Below, piece after piece: positions 26,415 to 40,440 of a stretch of 64,000 bases of DNA (the stretch's first letter is position 1; the number at the start of each line of letters is the position of its first letter). The notes beneath the pieces are model-generated. The model worked only from the letters and a program-made list of their open reading frames with translations, made no database searches and was not told the origin of the DNA. Made by a program: the position numbers and the translations under genes. The stretch comes from Lingula anatina (Eukaryota > Animalia > Brachiopoda): contig CM120644.1 of the NCBI GenBank assembly GCA_051362555.1, positions 23,954,534-24,018,533 on the forward strand, read 5' to 3'.

Positions 26415-26595
26415 GTTGAAAGATAGCAAGGGATCATTGCCCATAAAATTCATTCAGCTCACAAGCTCTGGTGTAAAACTGAAAAAAACCACGTTTCATG
26501 CGCAAGATGAAAAAATAATGCCACATATGTCATAAAGCGATCCTTTTCTGGTGAAATCTTCTTACAGAGCCGTCTTTCTACTACTCCATAGGATC

Positions 26596-27013
26596 ATGGG
26601 TCTCTTGCGTGCTGTGTATGGTGGTGATACTGGCGAGGTGAAGCGACTGCTGCGTGATGGGAATTGTGATGTAAACAAAAAGTATATGGTACGTACTGTT
26701 TCTGTATTTCACTACATTGTAGATTGTGTCTGTCGATCATAAGGATGCATTCATAAATACATCTTTGCTATAAAAAAACATATTCAGGTTCTATAAATAA
26801 CTATATGTTCTACCTCTAGGCTTCGTTGTCGATTCTTTTCACAAGACACGCAATAGATCATTTTTATAATGGGGCCTGGCTTCCTGTCTCAAATGTAAAA
26901 TAGGTTGGAGACTGGCATAGATTTAATTTTAGGGTGAAGATCTTTCACAGTTCTCTATAGTAGTAGCCTTACATAGAAATCGCACAATTTTCTAGTAGTA
27001 GTCTAGGTGTTCC

Positions 27014-27066
<53 letters not shown>

Positions 27067-30000
27067 TGATAACATTTCCATCAAATGTACTTTGCCGGTG
27101 TCCTAGTTTCGTATAGGAAATCGAACATGCATCGAGGCAGTGTGATCATCAAGAATTCCATTTTGCTGTCTTTACATGTATCACTAATTTGTTCTTTGCA
27201 ATCCAAGCCCTGCGGTTAGAAAAACTGCTTTTCATTTTCATTAAAGAAATTTCCCAATTCTTGATGTTACAGGGAGTGTACAGCTGAGTATCGTCAGTGT
27301 ATATGACATGTATCTAGTAGGATCTTGTGAGAGGGAGTCCTCCATGATAGAGTCTGCTATGATATGCCATTCATTTGTACATGTAAGACGTGGACCCACT
27401 CATGTCAATATAACCCTAGCTATCATAGGGGGCGGACTTTCTATTTCACGGACACTCAGTTTCGTTTCACTGGCACAATTTATTATTAAGATTAGCTGTA
27501 GCATTTTCATATAAGTATGCAATGATGACTGTGTTATCATTGTTTTTTAAGCCCAGTATTGTTTTCCTTCGCGTAAAAAAGATATGCCATTCTGTGGGGT
27601 GTTTTTTGCTCGATCATTCCCAGCAAGGTCATATTTTTTACGATTGATTACATTTTCTTCTTCTGTTTTTCTTTTTATTGTTTCATTTTGTGTTTTATTC
27701 TTTCCTTCAAGGCCTCGGTGACAACCGGGCGCACGGGTTTCAGGGTGGGACCTTCTCTGCGAGTTGTGGGTGCAGTGGAGGGCGTTGAAGGCGGGTGACG
27801 CACTCCCGCACTGCTTTTGATTAAGCTACTCTTACAACCAGTCGTGCGCGCTTCTACGAGCGGTTTGCGTGCAAAAAAAAAAAAAAAAAAAAAATTGGCC
27901 AAGTATCAAGATACACGCACGTGGAACGTACTTTTTTTGGTGGACGTAAACACGGCGCAAAGCACGCAGCCCGAAAACTGGCCGGCCAGTTTTTCGCTAC
28001 GACCTGTCTGCGACAATTAGAACGCCTGGAGCACGCTCGTAGCACGCAAGATAAAAATACTGAGTAAGTGCGCTAGGCGTGCGTGTAACGCATGAAAGGC
28101 ATGCAGAAATTCCGGGGTATTTTACCACGAAGACGATGTACTAACCACGCAAGAGACTCGTACGTTCAACTTGCTTTCAATGTACGTGTTAACAAAAAAA
28201 AAAAAAAAAAGGGGGGGGGGGGTTAGTGCACTTCCTCCGTGCGTTTATCTTACTTCCAAAGTGCGTGTTGAGTACTACTACCGTACTTGTGAAGTGCGTC
28301 ACACTAAGACGACGCACTTGACCAGCAAGATATAAGTGCGTCACAAGTACTTGCTTATAGGTGCATCGTGCGTCTATATCACAGCTGATACGAAGTCTGC
28401 TCTCAGTTTGGAAGTGCCATTGTGAAAACCAAAACAGTGGATGATAGGAGACTCGGTGCTCCCTTTTATATTACTTTGATTATTCGTGTGTTCCACCAAT
28501 TTGACGCACGAGTGTCGTTCTTAACACTTCCGTGCTCATTACGTTTCTCTTACGTTTCTCTAACTTCGTAAGTACGATTTCTGAAAACGTGCGCTTCGCA
28601 GTCACTCACTGTGTGCGACACAAGTACAGATCGTACGTGTTCCTTACTTCTTCCTTCTTCCAAAAAAGGCGTACAGACCTCTTGCGGGCCCCACGTTTAG
28701 AGCACGACACACCTAATCATAAAGTACTTACTACTTACGTCCGCTGCGATTAAATTTTCATCCTGCGACAACGCTACGCCTGACAAGAACTCCGAGAACG
28801 CACGATCTCTAAGCACGCACGACGGGTTGTAAGAGAGACTTTAAGTTTGGAAAGTGGTAGGGCGTGCGCCGTACTTAACACGCTGGTGGCACTTGCTTCT
28901 TCATTGCTTGCGACGTGCGTCTTAGATTAAAGTTTTTCTTCACACGGTAATCCTCCAGTCTCATTTGCGTACATCTTGCAAACTTCTTGCCAAAGGAGCA
29001 GATTATCCTTATAGTTTTTTTTTTCATTTAGCCTTTATGCAAACGAACCTTGTGGTCAAAGCGCACCCTCCTTTTGACTGTTACGGAGTATCCGTGGTAG
29101 AATTCGTGGTATTTATGTCCTAAATACTAACGAACTTTACATGTACCTTCAAGTTATATCACCCTGTGCGGAACCTTGGTAGGCTACATGTATACCGCTA
29201 TTCTTATTATCAGCTATGGTCTGTTGCTAATTACGCCCAAACAAATAATGCAAATGTTGGTCAGAGAGTATAAATAACAGATGATGACCATACGCTGACC
29301 ACAGAAGATAGAGTCGAAATAATACTTAATCTTGCAAAGATTACTACAAAAGTGAGATAATATGATAACGATCCAGTAAATAAACCTACACACACTGGAC
29401 AAAAGAAGTGTCACCCCCTAACTCAGAGTAATAAAAGTAGACGGATCTTGGGTACTTATAATGCCTGGTCTACTTATAATGTGACTAATGAGTATAAAAC
29501 CAATATACCATGGAATTGTATTGTTGGTCTTGTACATGTACAGCAAATGTTATTCCTGTCTTCCTCCAATATGGCAAGATACAGGCAATTATCTAACAGT
29601 TATAGGTGCAAGTTATTAACCTGAAGAGGCGGAATATAAGCAATGTCAGAATATCAATACAATTGAATTGTTCAGTCAAAACCGTGTAGAGGGTCTGGTC
29701 TCGGCATAGAAACACTGGATTTATTTATGATGCTGATATTGTTTTGATTTCACCAGTGTGGATGGTAAGATGCATGGGTGTGACTTAAGCCCCCATTTCC
29801 GTTCGTGCGATATTTATGTATATGTATAATTATTTTAATTTATATCGATATGGGAGTTTCAAATTATGCAGTTTAATGCTACAGATAACCCAACGAGTGC
29901 ATTTTCCATGAAAACATCGAATATTCCATTGTTTTGTGTATGTATGGTGTATTGTGTTAGCGAGTTGGGTAATACGGGTATGTTTTTTTTCTTTTTTAAC

Positions 30001-33000
30001 TATGATGTATTAGAACCGGGGATAGACATTTAACTTATTTCATTTCATCGTTTTTGAAGACAGTTGCCAGTTAGAAGAAATGGTCTATTTTTTGTTTTAT
30101 TTATTTAGGCTACTAGTACTTGAGAAACATATTGCAATACATGCACAACATGCGCTATAGATATCAAATAGACAAATAAAATGTGAGGAAAGATGACATG
30201 ATATGATATCATAATGCTGGTCATTTGTTGTTACCAGTGGGACAGAACACTATTACATGTGTCAGTAGGTAACAGACAGGAAGACATCGTGAGACTTCTC
30301 TTGGAGCATGGAGCTGATCCTAATATCACGGATGAGGTTTGTGACACATACATGTACTATTGTATAAATAAATTACCGTGGACTTTGTCGGTTGGTTTGA
30401 TAGACATCAGGAGGGTATACATGCACTTCCACTGTTTTGTCATAAACTATCCATGAGTTTGTTTAATTATGTACTTTTTATCTGGTTATAATAAGTGAAT
30501 ACAATGTAAAGAAAGAGAACATGGGACTGGTGTTACACGTAAACAGTTAGGTGCAAGTTAATCCATTTTCTTTCCTTACATATATGTACAATATATGAAT
30601 GATATGTGAAGAAAGACAACATCGGATGTTATCATTATGGAGATTATTTATTGTTACCAGTGGGGCAGAACTCCATTACATGAGGCAGCATTGTTCGGCC
30701 ATGAAGACATCGTGAAGCTTCTCCTGGAGTATGGAGCTGTTTATTTTATCATATAATTAACATTTAAAAACAATATGAAAAGTAAGCCAAAAGTAATACC
30801 TAATATCACTAATCAGGCTTGTGGCACGTACATATACTGTTATATAAATAAATTACCGTGGGCTTTGTCGACTAGTTGGATAGACATAAGGAGGGTATAC
30901 ATGTACTTCCATTATTTTCTCATAAACTTTTGTTTAATTTGTTTGTTTTATTATTTACTTTTTATCTGGTTATAATGAGTGAAAAGGTATGTAAAGAAAG
31001 AAAACATGGGACTGGTGTTACACGTAAACAGTTAGGTGCAAATGAAACCTTTTCCTTTCCTTGCATTAATAAAATGTATTATCTTTACTTGCACATTATG
31101 ATATTTCTTTTGCCATTAGATTATTTGTCAACATTCGCCCTGTAAGCATTTGACTGCTGATATAGATGAGCACTTTTTTTTAAACCAAAACGTTAGTTAA
31201 TCCAACACATGATTTAAATAAATGAATAAAATGTGAAGAAATACAACATGAGATGATATCATTATGCCGATCATTTTTTTGTTACCAGAATGGCTGTGCT
31301 CCATTACATGGGGCAGCGTATAAAGGGCATGAAGACATCGTGAAGCTTCTCCTGGAGCATGGAGCTGATCCTAATATCACGAATAAGGTAAGTGACATAT
31401 AATGTTATATAAACAAAGTACCCTGGAGATAGTTGTTTGGTTTGATACATTTAAAGTTTGTATACTCCAACTATTTCATTGCAAAGAATTGATAAATTTT
31501 GCTCTTATTATTGTTTGGTAACAATAAGTTAATACAATGTAAATAATGAAAACATGAGACAGGACATCACATGCAAATATTGAAGTGGCTCTTTATACAC
31601 GCACTGTATGATTTCTCCTTCTTTAGATTGTTTGCTCACGTTGGCAAAGGAAGCGTTTCAGTGTTGAATATAAACTTGTATTATTTCAACTGAGTGTTAC
31701 CTTTATCAGCACACATAGAATATATGAATGAAATGTGAAGAAAGACAACTTCGGATATTATCATTATAGTAGTTATTTATTGTTACCAGTGGGGCAGAAC
31801 TCCATTACATGAGGCAGCATCGTGCTGCCATGAAGACATCGTGAAGCTTCTCCTGGAGCATGGAGCTGATCCTAATAACACGGATAAGGTTTGTGGACAC
31901 ATAATACTATATACACAAAATGCCCTTAGTTGGTTGGTAACATACATGTACACTGGATTTTAGTGAATAGATGATTCATTTAAACAATGTTTAGAATAAT
32001 TACTTAAATTTATTTTTTTTATCATGTAATTAACATTTAAAAACAATATGAAAAGTAAGCCTAAAGTAATAACTGATATCACGAATCAGGTCTGTGGCAG
32101 TACATGTACTATTGCATAGATTAACTACCGTGGACTTTGTCGGCTGGTTTGATATACACAAGGAGGGTATACATGTACTACCACTATTTTGTCAATGATC
32201 GATGATTCCTTTCCCAATCATTGGGTTATTTGTTTGCAGATACGTTTGTCCTTTGTAGATGTAAGCATACTGTTGTTTTCTTGCAAATGTTAATTCTACA
32301 GCACTCATGTAAAAAAAAATTACAATATGTCAAATCTCAAAATCGAAGCTATGTAAATGATGCAACTGGATATTTATTGTCTTAACTTGATATTGTAGGA
32401 TAAAGAAACAGCATATGACAAGGCTGTAAAAAAGAGCCATGAACACGTTAAGATAGTGCTGCATAGATATGCCTTGCCACCAATACAGGTTAGTACTGTC
32501 AAATGATGTAATAGTTCTTCATTTGTAAAGTAATCAGGAAAAAGCCATAGGCCCCCTAATGTGCTTCCTTTTTTATCTTTATTTTCCGTTTTTGTTTCCC
32601 TTTTAATTTTCTCTTTTATTATTTTTTCTATGGGTCAACATGCTCAGTCAAGCTCTAGAGCGTCAAGATCAATGTTATTTTTCCAGGCCCATCTTCTCCG
32701 CGAGATGATTATGGCGATAAGTGACCACGTGTCTCTCAAAGATGTCCGCATGCTGGCACGTGCACAGCTGGGAATCCCAGACGCCAAGCTGGACAACATA
32801 GAGTATGAGTACCAACGCGATGCTCAGGAGCAATCCTTCCAGATTTTGTGGCTGTGGAAAGTAAGGACGGCTGGAGCTACAGTCCATAACCTGTTCCAGG
32901 CTCTGAAGGACCATCAGTTGAACGCATGCCTGGGTTCGTAGTATTTAACAGTTCTGATATTTTTAATACACTTGGGCCGTTTATGTATTTATTCTACTAA

Positions 33001-33451
33001 ATATTTTAAGAAGAAAGAGCCTGTCAGTTGGGTTGATTATACTTATCAATCGTGTTTCATTTGTTTTTATATTTCGAAAAAACCTTGATCGAAGCTTATT
33101 TATTCAACAAAACTGTTTTGCTTTGTTTTAATTATAGACAAAGTCAGAAATCAATATTCCTCATTGTTGAATGAAATATGGAGCAAGCCAGAGGACGAGT
33201 TCCAAAAGTTTTCCTCCTCCCTCCAACGCACTCAGTCAAGCACAGATGACGTCACGTTGTCCAACATGACGGAGATGAACCTGAAATGCTACGTATCCGA
33301 AGACTTGGAATCTTTGTATGTTCCACTTGAGAGCTTCAACGCCAATGCCAAGGTGGATGACAACGACAGCAACAAAGCCGTGGTCAAGTATCGCTTAGCT
33401 GGGAAGGGCGTCTGCCGGAATGCCGATACATTCGTTAAGATGACTGAGTAA
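26596..33451 (+). CDS. Ankyrin-repeat and death-domain protein (multi-exon)
   Basis: Exons with AG/GT and continuous frame: 26596-26688, 30238-30336, 31289-31387, 31790-31888, 32399-32488, 32687-32933 (death-domain-like, LGIPDAKLDNIEYEY..EQSFQILWLWK..ATVHNLFQAL) and 33138-33451. Broken cassette at 30661-30756. Confidence 0.85.
27824..28841. mobile_element. PIF/Harbinger-like non-autonomous element in intron 1
   Basis: Imperfect ~35-bp TIRs (ctcttacaacc(a/c)gtcgtgcg(c/t)gctt) flanked by TTA/TAA; CpG-rich non-coding interior. Confidence 0.65.
30661..30815 (+). pseudogene. Disrupted ankyrin exon cassette
   Basis: Starts WGRTPLHEAALFGHEDIVKLLLEYGA, then switches at ~30740 to sequence matching ~32012-32090. 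In-frame TAA at 30754-30756; donor position reads GC. Confidence 0.75.
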
Positions 33452-33912
33452 AGGGTTGTCCTTTATTGAACTTGAACTTTTAGCTGCCATTTGGAAGAAC
33501 CGTTGGCAAGTTATCAGGACATACTACTTCATTAATCACACTGAAAAAGAGAATATGCTTTGAACATATAACATTTCAAAGTGGCAATCTTTTGGCATAA
33601 ATTTTATACAATTGCAAGCTTAAAAAACAATGCATCTTTATTATTACCAGCGTAAGTTAAACTTTACTCGATTCCACTCAATAATCAAATTAGAGATTGA
33701 TGTTCAGTTATCACCTACGCCCAGAAACTCCATATCACTGAAAAGAAATCATCAAAATATTATTTCTGTTTACGTGATGATTATTACGGTTTATGTGAAT
33801 GTAATTGTTGATTGGTTGGTAAAGTGGTTTGATTTTTATTAATATAAAATATAATGTGATATTAACATTACTTTAGATAGCTGCACATGATATGTAGAAA
33901 ATATTTGAAATA

Positions 33913-33992
<80 letters not shown>

Positions 33993-35065
33993 TCTCTTTA
34001 GATACATTTTCAGGTGGTGGTTTGTATTGGTTTGTCTTTTATCGAATATAAGATGCTTGGCTATTGGAACTTGCACACATGTTAAAATATATAGGCGCCT
34101 ATAGTTTTGCACTGATATAGTATAATATACTTTTACTGAAATACGTGTATATTTGTATGGCACTTCTCTGACTTGGTTGATAAGAACTTAGCAGAAGAAA
34201 CATTCTGTTTAGTGTAAAATCGCCCGATATGGACAGAGGTCTAAAGTAACAACAGGACAGTAACCCAGTAACATCACATAAATAATGAGTCACTATTTAA
34301 AGCAAACTACTATGCATTTCAGGCATATGTCCTTAACATATTGGTGGAAATGCAATTTAGCAGAATACATCAACAAACGGAGAGTTTTAAAATGTATTAC
34401 ATGCACGAAAATGCAGTAGTATCGGAGTAGCAAATAAGCATTATTAACGCAGTAGTGGTGTGGAGCATATTTGCAGTAGAAATGCAGTATAGCCTACTGC
34501 AATTCTACTTCAAAAATTACATAGGGTCGTTCAGAGGAGGAGCATTAATGCAGTAGGTTAGTAGCATGATAGAAGCATGTTTCAAATATGCTAATTAGCT
34601 CCCACATCGAAGCAGATTTGAAGCATGTTTGCAGTATGATTGCAGTACTCTACTGCGCTGGAGTATCTACTGCGTTTTTGTGTGGGAATTAATACAACAG
34701 TGTGCAGGTGTATAAAAGTATGGTCTTTTTATGCATACTTGCTGGATATGTTTGAATTGAACTGTCGCTTTGTGCAATAAATTTAAATTTTGTGATTCTA
34801 CACTTTGTACTCTGTTTTTCATTTATCGAATTAAGTGCACAGCTATTTCCATCAAAGGTTGCTATTCACCAAGAGAAAGAAGGTGGATAGCAAGCGTATA
34901 TACTGTTATATATTTAAGGATCTTTCTGAAACAATTCAGTTGTAATTGTCAATATCGTCGTTCCTGTATATAGAAAATAAATGACAGACTCTGAAAATGA
35001 ATTTTTTTTACTCTGTCATTAATGAGAGAGACCTATCAAATGTATGAGGTCCAGGATTTGACATT

Positions 35066-35082
35066 TAGTGCAGTTGCTTAGG

Positions 35083-35122
<40 letters not shown>

Positions 35123-37765
35123 AATCGTGACACAGCGGATAAAAGCACCAAACTTTGCATGAGGGTACCTTTTGACATACTAAATCAAATTAGAGCCGTA
35201 GCCCACGGAAAAAATTTACCGTTTGGCCAAAAAATCCAAAATGGCCGCCAATTTGTGAAATTTTGTAGAAATATATACATATCTATGTTTATTTTTATCA
35301 AATTAACCGTTTTCCACATCGTTATTACCCATTTTATGCATATGTGTCAGATACCAAACTATTAGTGTCCTTGGACTTAATGAAAAATCCAAGATGGCCG
35401 CCGTATGGCATAGGAATACTAGAACATGTACAAGGGTTTTTCAACTAACTAATGCCAACTAGGAAGATGCATTGCCAACTATCTAATTAATTTTGTTTCC
35501 TATTACACAAATAATATATTGTGGTGAGTAGCTAACCTTAATTCACAGGCAATTCGAGAAAAATCCAAGATGGCCCCCATATCAAAGGAATACTAGTATA
35601 CACATAGGGCTGCATCTGCCATGGAGATATAATATTAATTGATAAATTAGGTTTGTTTCTGAGTATTTCCCACATCTTTTTAATTCACATAATATATATG
35701 TGACGAGAATGTTATGTGTATCCTTTTTGAAAACAAAACAAATATAAATGCCTCCCATATTAGCCAATAGAAGGTGGGGTTCAGTTAAAACCTGCAGGGG
35801 TAGGCTTACAAATAAAATGAAGCTGAATTCAGTTGTTATTCTGTTTTTTAGTATTATTGTCCCATGATACATATCTGTTAGGTAATTAATGTCCAAATTT
35901 TATCATTTTGGGGAAATCCAAGATGGCCTTCTTTTCCCCATAGGAAAACTGGTGCATTAGATTTTATGGCACTTCTAAGGCAAATTAGGGTAATCATGAT
36001 ATTTTTTCAAAATGCTTAAGGGTATACACTTGTTACCCACCAGATAGATATCTAAAAGTCCAAGAAGAATGTGGGAAATACAGAGAAACAAAATTCATTT
36101 TATATTGGACCCAATGTCTCTCTGGCAGTAGTTGACTGTTCTATTCATATTGTGAATTGCAGCAATCTTGAATTTTCTCAAATACGCAAGATGCACAGTT
36201 GCTACACACCAGATTTATAAAGAGTAAGGTTAATAAGGATGTCAACGTGTTTAAACATCAAACGGCTTTATTTCCTGTTGGAATAAATGTCTGAACTGTT
36301 CTATTAATTGACAGCTATGTGAATTTGAGTGATATATTCCTATGACAACTGGCAGCTATCTTGGGTTTTCACTGAATAATACTCAAGGATACATACTCTT
36401 TCAAAACACACAGAGTCTTTCATAAGAATAAATAGGATATGAAAAACAGTAAAAAAACGACCCAACGTTAACTACATTTAAATCGTACTCAGTGTATTTC
36501 TAGCATTATTTGATTATGTGTTCGAATATTCTAATGACAAAAGGCATACATCTTGAATTTTTTCAGAATACCCAAAAATGCACACATGCTACAGACCAGG
36601 TATACATCAAAGGGCTAATAATAAATGGAACGAAAAACATGAATTGTTTTTAAAACAAACCCATGGAAATGTAATTGTATAATGAACCATATGCCTCTCT
36701 AGCAGCAATTGAAACCCACCCATTAGTATTCCTATATGTAAAATTGTAGGTATCCTTTTCTTAGAATATCTAAGGATGCATACTATTTACCCACCAGATA
36801 TATATCATAAGACTAATAAGGATGGGCAAAACTTGATAAGCAAACACAAATTCACCCTGGTAGTAGATGAAAAGCCATGAATGTGCAGTGGCAATTCCAG
36901 TAGTATTCCTATGGCCAGTGACGGCCATATTGGGTTTTCTCAAGATGATCAAATATGCACATTTATTACCTGCTAGATATGTATCACAGTGTAATAATAA
37001 TGTGTAAAAAAATAAACTGAATTTGATAGTGAATTAGCTGGTATTAGTTCCAACCCGGCCTTTGTAATACTAGGAGTATTCCTATTACATATGACGGCCA
37101 TCTTGGATTTTCTCACAATGCCCAAGAATACTGTTAGTTACTCACCACATACATATTGTGTAGGTAGAAAGGATGTGGAAAACACTCAGAAACCAGCTTA
37201 ATTTGATAGTGAAAAATTTATCTTACCAGTTGCCATTAGTTCAATCCCCGTATTATACTAGAATTCCTGTGGCACGTGGCAGCTATCTTGGATTTTCCAA
37301 AATGCACAAGAACACTTCGTAGTTACTCACCACAAACATATTATGTGGGTAACAAAGATCTAAGAAGCATACTTAATTTGATAGTGGACAACGTATCGTT
37401 CTAGCTGGTAATAGTTGTGCACTGGTATTCCTATGGCTGTTAATTTCTGTGGCAAATGACAGCCATCTTGGATTTTTTCAAAAAGTCAAAGGGAACTTGT
37501 TTGCTATTTGACATATATGAATAAAATGGGTAATAAGGGTGTGGAAAACTGACAAAATAATTTATTTGATAAAGATCAACATAGGTACATACATATTTCT
37601 AAAGAATTCAATAAATTGGCGGCCATTTTGGATGTTTTGGCCAAACGGTAATTTTTTCCATGGGCTACGGCTCTAATTTAATTTAGAATGTCAAAAGGTA
37701 CCCACATACAAAATTTGGTGCTTTTATCCGCCGTGTCACGATTTTTTCCTTAAGCCACCGGACTA
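35066..37765. mobile_element. 2.7-kb non-autonomous DNA element with long TIRs (foldback-like)
   Basis: ~35120-35400 is the reverse complement of ~37460-37745; further nested inverted blocks and many aaatccaagatggc motifs; possible ATT duplication. Confidence 0.8.
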
Positions 37766-38243
37766 ATTGGCTTGGCATTTTGAAGGATTTTTCATCTTTA
37801 TTGACCAGTGTCAAATTTCATACACGTATGATATTTTAAGCATCCATGTCAATGTAGACACATAGCATTTCCTTGCAGTATTAGGGTTAACTTGTTCCTA
37901 TTAGGAAAAGGAGCCACAACTAATCCTTTGCAATGTTGGCTGGTATTCTTCCATTCCATTAATCTTGTAGAAAAGAAAATTAATGTTCTTAGCGTCTTTC
38001 ATAACATCTTTGCAGAATACATCCCTAATGTTTTGAATGTCTATTACTGTAATTATTTCACCACAGAACCATAAAAAAAAGTTTTACAGAATGGATTTTT
38101 TTCTGCCCTTGTATAGAAAGAAAATATATTTAAGGGAAAGGGTACTGAAATGTATAATAAAAACAAAATAGTTATCACCGATGGAATCACTTTATGTAAT
38201 TAATATAGATGAAAAGAAAACAGAAAAGCCATCAGTGGCTGTC

Positions 38244-40398
38244 CTAGCCATTGCTTATTCCACTGACTAAATATATTGTATCTTCCATAAAAGGAAACCT
38301 CATGTCCCTGATGTTATCTAGTTCTGGTAAAGTTAGTAATTTAAGCAAAGAATCTGGGAGCTTTAAACTTTTTATATGACTTTCAGTAACTTTCCCCTCC
38401 CCGAGAGTTCTGCGTATGGCTCGAACACAGCAGTGTAACAGAGAAGGAAAACAGGCTAAATTGTCTCGATAAAACTGGGCGATTCTTGAGTCTAAATCCA
38501 CAGGAAGTTCAAGATGAGTGGCAGAGATACTGTTAACAAGATTATACTTGAGTCCCACTGAGTTCAGCATTCTCAGAGCGTCTTTAATGTCCCCTTCTGT
38601 CACAGCCAGTAACAATATGATCTGTACCACGGAATGTAGGTCTGCCTCGTACCTTATAACACGAGACGCAGCGTAAAATTTTCTCCAGATTTTTTCCACC
38701 ACCATCTCTTCAAACCAATCCCTTACTACATTCACAGCTCCAAGCTGTAATAATGTCTTAATCAGTTCCACAACATTTCTGTTTATGATATATCGTGATT
38801 TTCTCAACAATTTACACCAGTCAATCTTGCAAGGTATTTCCACCCCAGCATCTATCAGTATTTTAAACAAAGTTGTTAGATTGGAGGAACTGGACTTGAG
38901 AACTATCTCCAGAGGAGTCAAGGCAATCTTTCCTCTCTCCCTCACCCCAAACAAACTGTATTTGTACTTCAGGAGAAGTCTCACTGTGTCTGGATCACCT
39001 AGAAATAAAATAAAAAGATGTAGATACAGAATTACTTGGATATTATATTAAACAACAATAATTATTATTATCGGTCAGGGGTAAGAGTGCTTACTTTTCT
39101 ACATTGCCAACAAATATGACATTATGAATGCTTGCTGCGATTTTTGTTTGATTTTTATAGAGCTTTATGTACAAGGTTCGGCTTTTCATGCTGGCCATTG
39201 CAGATACCAAGAAACGGGACTAGTTTCTGATGGAGACTCACTGAAAAGTTTTAAAGAACCGCCATGACGTTATGTTTTTCAGCCAGTTGTCATACAACTG
39301 TATAGATATTGTGTATGGCCTGTGCATTTTTATTGCATTGGATTGCATTGGACCAAAACTTAAAAGCTAAGAGATAATACAACAACTACAACACAATATA
39401 TAAATTCACATTTCATGTTGTCAAGTGTGTGTCTGTATTTTAGAATGTGAGTTTCATAAACACAGTCACAGAATAAATGAGCATGTGCATTCTAACTGGT
39501 AAACAACTGTGTTACCTGTCCTCAGGGCTGAAATTATTGCAGTGTCTTCTGTTTCTGTGTTCTCCCTGGCACCAAGCTCCAAAAGTCTTTCTATCAATTC
39601 AGGAGAACAATCTGAAATAACATCATTACATAAAATGAAAAGCAATAAATATATATGGTAACCTAAAGGTAGGGCAGCTCTATTGCCAAAATGAAATGCT
39701 CTCAATCTGCGAAATGGTTTCACAACTTTTAACTGAGGCATGGGAACGATGGAAACCATCAAAAGTCACAGAATACCAACAAACTTTTTAAATTTGTGAC
39801 CAGTGTTAGAAATTAAGACTGGACCGTCTGCCCGGGGCTGACAACTTTCAGAACGGGCTGAGAAGTTTTCCCACCTGGCAGACATTCGAGCCAGCTACTT
39901 TTTAAGATGGCTGGACTTTCGGTCCAGCAACTTATTTTCCTAAGAGGCAAACACTGTTTGTGACAGTTTACAGCTCACATCTGTGCCACTATTCTAAATA
40001 GAAATAAAGTGACTTACGCAAGTGGCATTGAATCACATGTGGCTTATACCTATTTAATACAGATATGTATAGATATTAATTCAAACAATTATATTACACC
40101 ATCATTTTAGAAGGTGATGATTAAGCAGGCAGTACACTACATGTTTATTTAAAAAATTCAAAGTCATGTGAACCAGTCACAAGTGTTTTGAAGTCAGAAG
40201 GCAACCAGTCAAGTTGAGTTATCCATAAAATACTTACTAGCATTAATAGCTCTGGTCAACGGTGACGTGGACACCCCTTGAATACAATTCACCAAAGCTC
40301 CGGCCTCCAGGAGACACCTTGCAATTTCCTCATGTCGCCACCAGAGGGCAGTCAGAAGGGGTGTAGTAGGATTCTGGCTCTGGTGGACCACCTGGTAG

Positions 40399-40440
<42 letters not shown>

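Noticed and set aside
27560-29030. Decayed coding-like sequence around the Harbinger-like insertion
   Set aside because: No recognisable domain; probably old TE debris, including a MITE end at ~27710 related to ~23866-23897.
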